Assembly: GCA_038087875.1 (NCBI GenBank)
Contig: CM075989.1
Location: forward strand, 23,934,001-23,994,000
Direction of reading: 5' to 3'
Origin: Malacoraja senta
Taxonomy: Eukaryota
Length of the DNA: 60,000 nucleotides
Shown: positions 27,675 through 37,900 of the stretch, piece by piece
How positions within the stretch are numbered: position 1 is the first letter of the stretch
Layout: every line of letters starts with the position of its first letter
Made by a program: the position numbers and the translations under genes
Notes under the pieces: model-generated
The model's database searches: none
Told to the model about the DNA's origin: nothing
Seen by the model: only the letters and a program-made list of their open reading frames with translations

Positions 27675-28225
27675 ATAGATACATAGAAAATAGGTGTAGG
27701 AGTAGGCCATTCGGCCCTTCGAGCCTGCACCGCCATTCAATACGATCATGGCTGATCATCCAACTCAGTATCCCGTACCGGCCTTCTCTCCATACCCCCT
27801 GATCCCTTTAGCCACAAGGGCCACATCTAATTCCCTCTTAAATATAGCCAATGAACTGGCCTCAACTACCCTCTGTGGCAGAGAGTTCCAGAGATTCACC
27901 ACTCTCTGTGTGAAAAAGTTTTTCCTCATCTCGGTCTTAAAGGATTTCCCCCTTATCCTTAAGCTGTGACCCCATGTCCTGGACTTCCCCAACATCGGGA
28001 CTTCCCCAACATCCTGGACTTCCCCAAAATCTTCCTGCATCTAGCCTGTCCAACCCCATAAGAATTTTGTACGCTTCTATAAGATCCCCTCTCAATCTCC
28101 TAAATTCTAGCGAGTATAAGCCAAGTCTATCCAGTCTTTCTTCATATGAAAGTCCTGACATCCCAGGAATCAGTCTGGTGAACCTTCTCTGCACTCCCTC
28201 TATGGCTATAATGTCCTTCCTCAGA
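27675..28225 (-). mobile_element. CR1/HER1-type LINE 3' end
   Basis: ORFs 27937..28194 and 27765..28040: QRRFTRLIPGMSGLSYEERLDRLGLYSLEFRRLRGDLIE... Frameshifted, with a (tctatgt)n-type tail. Confidence 0.9.
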
Positions 28226-29054
28226 TGTTGTTGATGTCCCTACTATTTTTTAATTTTTTATTCTGCTTATATGTTTTGTAATCTGCTTATCTGCAAGGCG
28301 TCCTTGAGAGTCTTTGAAAGGCGCCCACAAGTATAATGATAAATAAAAAAAAATTAAATAAACTATACAAAACTGAAAGATTGGACAAGCTAAGCATGAG
28401 TCTGCTGCAGTTTAGAAGAATATGAGGAGACTTTGATTGCAAATTAAAAAACGCAATCCTGGGAAACGAGTCCCAGCCTGCTCAACCTCTCCCCATAGCT
28501 CAGGCCCTCAAGTCCTGGTAACATCCTTGTAAATCTTCTCTCCACCATTTCCAGCTTGACAACATCTTTCTTACAGCAGGGTGACACAATACGCCCAGCG
28601 TGGCCTCGCCAATGTTTCACGCAAGGGGTAGAGTCTTTGCTTGTGGAAGGTTCCTGACGGGAGAGGAGACAGAAACGAGGAGTTCCGGTTACAGTCAGGT
28701 CACCCAATTAAACCATATCCTTGTGAGATCTGGAGCAGAACATCTGCAGATGCTGTCACTTATCCAAGTGACAAAATGGGCCACTGCTGAACCTTTGTGT
28801 TGGCTCAAGGAGCGAACCAGGTTGGCCAGATGGCAGGAACACTTGGAATAACTAACTGCAGCCTGGTTAACCCTGGTCTTGCTGCAACTGGATCTGTGCT
28901 GTAAATGTGCGGCTGCAAGATATTTGGTTGCCAAAAGTGGTTCAGTATTGTCATTTGGGAAGATTACCAGCAGGGGAATTAGCCCTGTGGTTTTAGAATC
29001 AGCTTTTCCCAACTCAAGCACAGAAACATCCCTGGCCAGGAACATTGAAATTAT

Positions 29055-29524
29055 TTAAGAAGGATCTGCAGATGCTGGAAAATCGAAGGTAGACAAAAAT
29101 GCTGGAGAAACATCGCAGCATCTATGGAGCGAGGGAATAGGCGACGTTTCGGGTCGAGACCCTGCTTCAGACTGATGTGGGGGTGAGGGGGGGTGGAAAG
29201 AAGAAAGGAAGAGGCAGAGACAGTGGGCTGTGGGAGAGCTGGGAAGGGGAGGGGAAGGAGGGAGAAAGCAAGGACTACCTGAAATTGGAGAAGTCAATGT
29301 TCATACCGCTGGGGTGTAAACTACCCAAGCGAAATGTGAGGTGCTGCTCCTCCTATTTGCGGTGGGACTCACTGTGGCCATGGAGGAGAACCAGGACAGA
29401 AAGGTCGGATTCGGAATGGGAGGGGGAGTTGAAGTGCTGAGCCACCGGGAGATCAGGTTGGTTAATGCAAACTGAGCGGAGGTGTTGGGCAAAGCGATCG
29501 CCAAGCCTACGCTTGGTCTCACCG
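29055..29524 (-). mobile_element. Penelope-like element 3' fragment (GIY-YIG C-terminal part + tail), defective
   Basis: Minus strand reads GETKRRLGDRFAQHLRSVCINQPDLPVAQHFNSPSHSESDLSVL...[26 protein letters not shown], then the hammerhead-bearing tail. Confidence 0.85.
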
Positions 29525-29799
29525 TCCAAGATGAAAATATTAATTTCTTAATGCCAGTGTATTGTCTAAACAGTATCTAATTTTGCATACCTTTTTGAAC
29601 CAAGTGTCCCCAAGTTGGTGGCATGGTGCTGGAGTAACCTAGTGGGTCAGGCAGCATCTGTGGAGTATATAGATAGAGGACATGCCTGGTCAGAACCCTT
29701 CTCAACTCGAGCCTAATCATCCCCGCACCCTAATGGGCCTGTCCCACTTAGGCGATTTTTTGGGCGACTACAGGCGACTGCCGCAAAACTTTCAACATT

Positions 29800-30093
29800 A
29801 AGGACGGCGCAGCGGTAGAGTTGCTGCCTTATGGCGCCAGAGACCCGGGTTCGATCCTGGCTGCAGGTGCTGTCTGTACGGAGTTTGTACGTTCTCCCCG
29901 TGACCGCGTGGGTTTTCTCTGGATGCTCCGGTTTCCACCCACACTCCAAAGACGAACAGGCTTGTAGATTAAAAGGCTTTGGTAAATCGCCCCTAGTGTG
30001 TTGGACAGAAGAAGTGTATGGAGTGATCGCTGGTTGGCATGGACTCGGTGGGCCAGAGGGCCTGTTTCCACGCTGTTTCTCTAAACTAAATTA
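29800..30093 (+). mobile_element. tRNA-derived SINE
   Basis: A/B boxes, core and tail. Confidence 0.8.
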
Positions 30094-31226
30094 AACTCCC
30101 TGAGCAGAGATGCATTAATTGAAGGCACAACCATCCCTTGTGAGCATGAAGAGGCTGGTATAACTCAGGAGGGACAGAATAGACTATTGGCATGCACTGG
30201 TGCTTGTTCACCCAATTTTTTGATGAATTGGTGGTGATGATTCCGGAAGAGAGTGGAGCGTTAGAGAAATCATCGGGAATGGAAGCGTGGACTGGGGTTT
30301 TGTCAGGGGATGGTAAAAGGAAAGATAGTCCGGAGACAGAAGAATGTAGACCTGACAATTGGTTGGGTGCCACGTGGGAATGTTAGCTCTGGAGGAGAGG
30401 AGATATTGTTCACCATTTGTCCCGGCACCATGGGGTATTCAGTCAGGCTGAAACCAGACAATGCTGGTGGGAACTGAGAAGACGAGCTGTGATCTTCCCG
30501 TCTGTGGTCTGAGTGAATGCAAGTTCAAATCCTGGCTGGGACATTGGCCAAGTAGGCCTGGGCATTCAAATAATGCAGGCATGCGTTTAGCTTTATGTTT
30601 AGTTCAGAGATACAGCGTGGACACGGGCCCTTCGGCCCACCGAGTCCGTACCGACCAGCGATCACCCATCTACTAGTTCGGTCCGACACACTGGAGACAA
30701 TTTACAGAAACCAACCATCGACCACTAGTGCCGTAGATCGATGTTGTCCCACTTTCAGATATTACCCACTAGCGACAATTATATACAAACCTGTACTTCC
30801 TCATAAGTTCCTGCAGCAGAATTAAGCCATTCGGCCCATCAAGTCTACTCCACCATTCAATCATGGCTGATCTATCTTTCCCTCTCACCCCCACCCTCCT
30901 GCCCATAGCCCCTGACATCCCTACTGATCAAGAATCTGTCAGTCTCTGCCTTAAAAGGTGTGTGGTTCCGGGGAGAACGTACAAACTCCGTACAGACAGC
31001 ACCCGTATTCAGGATCGCACCCGGGTCTCTGGCACAGTAAGGCAGAGGTGCAGCGGTAGAGTTGCTGCCTCACAGCGCCAGAGTCCTGGGTTCGATCCTG
31101 ACAAAAGGTGCTGTCTGTACGGAGTTTGTACGTTCTCCCCGTGACCTGCGTGGGTTTTCTCCGGGATCTCCGTTTCCTCCAACACTCCAAAGACGCGCAG
31201 GTTTGTAGGTTAATTGGCTTCAGTTA

Positions 31227-31739
31227 AGGGGCTGTCCCACTACGGCGACCTAATTGGCGAGTTTAGGAGAGTTTGAAAAAGTTGAAGACCTCCTTCGGCT
31301 ATGTTGAAGATTAGCTTCGACTAGCTACGGGAAAATTGGACACCGAATAGTGGAGAGTGAAGACGACCTCCTTCGACCTCCCTGCGAATATGATGAAGAC
31401 TATCTACGACTACCTTCGACTACCCTTGATTACATTTGACTACCCTCGATTACCTACGAATAACATGCCGACCTGCTACGACCTACTTCGACTAATCCTA
31501 CGAGTAAATTTTTAAAATTATTTTTCCATGGCGACCTTTTTTTATTCGCGGGCATTTTTCAGCATGTTGAAAAATACGCCGCGACCTAGCTGAGGCCTCG
31601 AGTATGCGGGGACTACTCTCGAGCATGAAGGAGAGTTACAAAGACCTCCTAGGACCTCGTGTCAACCATGCTGCGAGTATGAGTCGAGGGCAAACTCTTC
31701 TAAACTCGCCAATTAGGTCGTAGTAGTGGGACAGTCCCT
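31227..31739. mobile_element. Non-autonomous PIF/Harbinger-type MITE (513 bp) nested in a SINE
   Basis: TIRs AGGGGCTGTCCCACTAC..GACCTAATTGGCGAGTTTAG / CTAAACTCGCCAATTAGGTC..GTAGTGGGACAGTCCCT, with TTA on both sides. Confidence 0.82.
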
Positions 31740-31875
31740 TTAATTGCTCCTGGTGTTTGACAAATTTTGATAATAATCTGTAATTGCTTCTGGCAGCTCC
31801 TCTTCCCAAGATTTCTCGAGCTCATTACCGGTCGACCATTCCTCCTTGTTAGTAGGGATTTTCCTTATGTATTAA

Positions 31876-32073
31876 AGATACGCACAAAAAGCTGGAGTAA
31901 CTCAGCGAGACAGGCAGCATCTCTGGAAAGAAGGAATGGGTGAAGTAATGGGTCGAGACCCTTCTACGTCACCCATTCCTTCTCTCCGGAGATGCTGCCT
32001 GTCCCGCTGAGTTACTCCAGCTTTTTGTGTCTATCTTCGGTTTAAACCAGCATCTGCAGTTTCTTCCTGCACA
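31876..32073. mobile_element. Penelope-tail fold-back insertion ~230 bp upstream of exon 2
   Basis: ~70-bp inverted arms. Flanks ttccttatgtattaa / ttcataatgtattaa. Confidence 0.78.
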
Positions 32074-32302
32074 TTCATAATGTATTAATATCTGCTTGTA
32101 GTAAGCATTTTTTTTTTAACAGATTCAAGAGTATTTTATTATCATGCGTCCCGAAACAGAACAATGAAATTCTAACTTGCCACAGCACAACAGAATATGT
32201 GAAAAGAAAAATGTTGCCAGCGTGTTTTCAACAATTAGTTTTATTTGCATTCAAGTACGGCTTGTCAGTGTGTGACGTTGATCTTATCGTTTTGTTTTGC
32301 AG

Positions 32303-32371
32303 TTTGTCAGCGAGAAAATGGGTGGAGCTGAAGGAACAAAACTAGACGATGATTTCGTGGAGATGGAACGG
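32303..32371 (+). CDS. SH3GL3: Endophilin-A3 coding exon 2 ([23 protein letters not shown])
   Basis: Acceptor ttttgttttgcag, donor gtacga, 69 nt, phase 0/0. Contains the [11 protein letters not shown] endophilin motif. Confidence 0.95.
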
Positions 32372-33592
32372 GTACGAGAACGAACTGCTGTGAAAAGATT
32401 CTGGCAAATGGTTCAATAAAATACTTCAGGCCCGTGATTAAACATGGCACACACAAGGTTTGAGACAAAGGATTAGAGAGTTACAAATTGTGAAGCTTGA
32501 GTTTTAGTTCAGTTTAAAAATACAGCACGGAAACAGGCCCTTCTGCCCACCGAGTCCACACCGACCAATGATCAAGTGAGAGTTAGATTTGTTTTTATAT
32601 TTAAGAACAGATTAAATTATTTTCAGTTCCAGAAGGTGGAAGGTTATTATTATATATATTTTTAAATACTTGTTTCCAAATTGTGCAGTGCAATTTAATT
32701 TCCAAATAAAGAACATACAGTGTGGAAACAGGCCCTTCGGCCCAACTTGCCCACACTGGCCAACATGACCACTTACGCTGGCAGCTCATTCCATATACCA
32801 ACCACCCTTTGTGTAAGAAAAAGTTCCCCTCGGATTCTTTATTAAATCATCCTCTCCACCCCCCCCCCCCCCCCCCACACCCCTCAATGTAAACATCAGA
32901 TTCCCATTAAATCTTTCCCCCTCCACCCTAAACCACCATCTTGCACTATTATCGCTTTTAGTCAAGTGAAATGTCCAAAGCACTTCACTAGAACAGGCAG
33001 GCCAATTTTGAGTAGAAAGGAACTGCAGACGCTGGTTTAAACTGAAGATAGACACAAAAAGCTGGAGTAACAGCGGGACAGGCAGCATCTCTGGAGAGAT
33101 GGAATGGGTGACGCTTCGGGTTGAGACCCTTCTTGAGGAGCAAGATTACAGAGGATATATTGTTTATTTTAGTTTAATAACCACTTTTTTCTTTCTTATT
33201 TAAGAAAATAGATGCTACGAGTAAAGCTGTGGCTGATGTTCTGTCTAAAACAACTGAGTACTTGCAGCCGAATCCAGGTATGAAAGTGTACCATGAACGG
33301 CTTTTAACTTTCCTTCGCCATTTCTAGTTTATCTGCTTTTCAGTGAGACTAGGACTTTTGTTAATACTAGAGAACAAGGCATATTGAAGGCAAAAGATAC
33401 CAACCTTTGCTAGGTTCCATTAATGTAGGGGTACTGACCTCCCCGCTGTCAAAGGCATCTCCAGGAGTCACTGCCTCACAAAGGCACCTTATAACTGTGC
33501 CCTCCAGAGTTGCATATGTCCACCCTGGGATAAAGGTTGTGATTGTCTACACTATCTATGCCTCTCATAATTCTGTGTGTGTGTGTGTGTAC

Positions 33593-33627
<35 letters not shown>

Positions 33628-33716
33628 CATATATGTGTGTGTGTGTATACATATATGTGTGTGTGTGTGTGTGTGTGTGTATACATATATGTTTGCGTGT
33701 GTGTGTGTGTGTATAC

Positions 33717-33755
<39 letters not shown>

Positions 33756-33812
33756 CATATATATGTGTGTGTGAATATTCATATATGTGTGTGTGTGTGT
33801 GTGTGTATATAC

Positions 33813-33855
<43 letters not shown>

Positions 33856-34945
33856 CATATATGTGTGTGTGTATACGCATATATGTGTGTGTGTGTATAT
33901 ACATATATGTGTGTGTGTGTATATACATATATGTGTGTGTATACGCATATATGTGTGTGTGTGTGTGTGTATATGCGCTATACATTGAAGTATTTTAAAT
34001 GCGTCATGTCATTTGGAAGCCTACAGAGCCAAGTTAGGGATGCTCAACACGGTGTCAAAGATCCGAGGACAAGTTAAAACCACGGGCTACCCGCAGCCTG
34101 AAGGCTTGTTGGGAGAATGTATGCTGAGAAATGGAAAGGACCTCGGAGATGATTCCAATTTTGGTGTGTAGATCGGTAACGTTTTGTGCGATACATATTT
34201 TTCTTTTTCATTACATTTTAATTCTAGTTAAGTTGATAATGTGATTAAAATTTAAATCAATCGACCTGCATTTCACCGAAGAAAGACGCAAAATGCTGGA
34301 GTAACTCAGCGGGACAGGCAGCAACTCTGGAGAGAAGGAATGGGTAATGTTTTGGGTCGAGACCCTTCTTTAGACTGAGAGTCCGGGTAAAGGGAGACTA
34401 GAGATATGGAAGGGTAAGGTGTGAAAACAAGACATCAAAGGAAAATATATAGATTGTTAGCTAGGGGAAGGTAGTTCCTTCCTACACAACCTGCATTTCA
34501 CTTTTGCTTTAGGCATGATCTAAATGACTTCAATAAGTTTATACAGTTCAGATTTTTCAGCAATATAGAGAAGATCCTCACTTCATTTTTACGATCATTT
34601 TTCCAATTATGATCTAGTGCGTATAATTTGAGCTTTTACAATGAAAACACTTCCATGATTATGGTATTCAAACAATACAATGAATGAATTTGAAGATAGA
34701 CACAAAAAGCTGGAGTAACTCAGAGGGACAGGCAGCATCTCTGGAGAGAAGGGATGGGTGATGTTTCGGGTCGAGACCCTTCTTCAGACTAGTTAGGGAT
34801 AAGGGAAATGAGAGATATAGACGGTGATGTGGAGAGATAAAGAACAATGAATGAAAGATTTGCAAAAAAGTAACGCTGATAAAGGAAACAGCCATTGTTA
34901 GCTGTTTGTAGGGTGAAAATGAGAAGTTGGTGTGACTTGGGTAGG

Positions 34946-34976
<31 letters not shown>

Positions 34977-37900
34977 GGAATGCTGGGCTACCTGAAGTGA
35001 GAGAAATCAATATTCATACCACTGCCCAAGCGAAATATGAGATGCAGTTCCTCCAATTTGTGTTTAGCCTCACTCTGAAGGGTGGTCTGTATAAACCCCT
35101 CTGTGCATGCTGATTTTGTTACGTGCTTGATTTTTCAAGGTCCGGCTCTGGTCGATGTTGGTGAAGCGCTGAAACAAATGGGGGAAGTGAAGGATTCCCT
35201 GGATATCGAAGTAAAGCAGAATTTTATTGATCCGCTGCAAATTTTACAAGAAAAAGACTTAAAAGAAATTGGAGTGAGTATCTTTCCCCACGAACATAAT
35301 TGCAGTTCACTTTTTCTAGTTTACAGATACAGCGAGGAAACAGGTCCTTCAGCCCACCGAGTCCGCACCAACCAGCGCCCCCCCCCCCCCCACATTAACA
35401 CACACTAGGGACTGTTTACAATTATACCAAGCCAATTAACCTACAAACCAATTAACTACAAACCTGTACGCCTTTGGAGTGTGGGAGGAAACCGAAGATC
35501 TCTGAGAAAACCCACGCAGGTCATGGGGAGAACGTGCAAACTCCATACAGACAGCACCCATGGTCAGGATCGAACCCGGTCTGAGTTGACAAAGAGTGGA
35601 CAGGAAAAGTCCAAATGATCTATCATGTCCAAACAGGGCGTGTTTCCGCACTAGATCTCTAAAGTCTAATAGACCTGCAGCATATTCAGTATAACTTATA
35701 AAAAATACAATAAAGTGTAAAGTATCATTCATTCATTCCCTCATATTCTGTCTCTCATGCACTTTTGAATTCCTTGCCACATATATATTGGGAGGAATTT
35801 GTGGTGTGATGTGGGATCAATAATCTTTCATTGTAATAGATGAAAACATGGCCTGGAAAATATTGTTCCACTTCTCAACAACGAACCCAGTGAGCATGTT
35901 CAAGTTGAAAAATGTTTTCTGTGTAAATATTATTCAACAAATGGAGGATTCCTACTTAACGTGTTCTTATCTTGACAAAGCATCATTTAAAAAAGCTGGA
36001 GGGTCGTCGCCTAGATCACGATTACAAAAAGAAACGTCACGGTAAAATTCCCGACGAGGAGATCAGACAAGCGGTGGATAAATTTGAGGAGTCCAAGGAA
36101 CTCGCTGAGATCAGCATGTTCAACTTCCTGGAAAATGACGTGAGTGCTTGGCTAATCAGAACTCATCCCCCCGACCAACCCGAAGCCCACAAACCATCTT
36201 TAACTCAGTCTTAAACACGCAGAATAAAGTCAGAACGAATTTCAGCAAAGGGGAGAAGATTTACTGCTATGGGCTGATAATTACTGTTAAGACAATTATT
36301 TTTGAACTAAGGATTATTATATATAGATTTTTAATAAATAATATGGCAAGTCAAGATTAAATATATTTTAGACAATACATCAATTTCTTTGCAATTTTTT
36401 TGTTTAAAAAGCCTGTTTTTTGGCTATTTTGAATTGCAGCTTGCATAGATCAAGAAAAATTGGAATATGTTGCACGTACAGGTGAGCGATATGCAGATTG
36501 TTTGGCTGCAAACTAGTCCTGTGATTTAACTTGTACTGAATTCCTGAGTTCAATAAAGGCTGCAACTAAAAAGCTTTTAGGAAGCAAATCTCTGTCGGTA
36601 TCCTTACTTACTCCCTTCCAAATGTAACCACAGACATGCTTTCAATATTGTTTAGACTAGTCTTCTTGCTAAAGACATTTTCTTTTACCTACAGGTAGAG
36701 CAAATCAGTCAGCTCCTCGCTCTAGTGGAAGCCACACTGAGCTATCACAAAGAATCCACTACAATCCTGGAGCAGCTTCACAACACACTACAGAGCAGGT
36801 GCAGTTCCAAACCGTGCGTGGGGGGGGGGGTCTAGGATTCAAGTCTGGTCCATGGGCATTTTGAAATTAACCAGTGAGACGCAAATAACAAAAGACGAAA
36901 ACTGGGTAGAGTCTAGAACCAGAGAGCACAGCCTCAAAATAAAAGGACGTACCTTCGGAAAGGAGATGAGCAGGAATTTCTTTAGCCAAAGGGTGGTGAA
37001 TCTGTGAAATTCATTGCTACAGACAGCTGTGGAGGCCAAGTCATCAGGTAATTGTAAAAGAAGATAGACACAAAATGCTGGAGTAACTCAGTGGGCCAGG
37101 CAGCATCTCTGGAGACAAGGAATGGGTGACGTTTCGGGTCGAGGCCCTTTATCTTCGATTTAAACCAGCATCTGCAGTTCTTTCCTACACAGGGTATTTG
37201 TAAAACACAGATTGATAGGTTCCTGAACAGCAAGGGTGTCAAAGATTATGACACTCGAGTGTCAGCGTGGCTTTGTCTTTTTGAGAAGATGACAAGGTGA
37301 TTGATCGAGAAGGGCAGTGAATGTTGTCTACAGGACTTTGTTAAGACATTCGGCAAAGTCCCTCATGTTAGGCTGATTCAGCAGATGAAGATGCATGGTG
37401 ACTTGATGGTGTGGATATAGAACTGACTTACCCACAAAAGACAGGGCATTGGTGCAAGGGTGTTATTCTAAGCTGTCAGAAGTCAGGCAGACCATAAAAA
37501 CCTTGTATGTTTTTCTTAAAGGATCAGCATAGTCTCCAGCCGTCCGAAGCGTGACTTCAAGCCTAAGCCTGCAGTTGCTTCATCCTTTGAGCCTATCGAC
37601 AACCCACAACTCAATGGTCTTTCGTACAATTCCTCTTTCAGGTCATCTGGTAAGAATACTTACGTGAATATTAGAATGAAACTTGTAGAATTGTACACAT
37701 ACTTCAGTGCTCTTTAGACTGAAGAGCAAAATGGAGGTGGCACCAAACCAAAAATGGTGGCGCGGCAGAAGTGTTGCTGCCTCACAGCGCCAGAGACCCG
37801 GGTTCGATCCTGACTACAGGTGCTGTCTGTGCGGAGTTCTCCCTGTGACCGCGTGGGTTTTCTGCGGGTGCTCCAGTTTCTTCCCACATCCCAAAGACGT

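Noticed and set aside
35945..35980. U12-type branch site before exon 6 (ttcctacttaac)
   Set aside because: Imperfect match, and the intron donor is gtgagt (U2 type).
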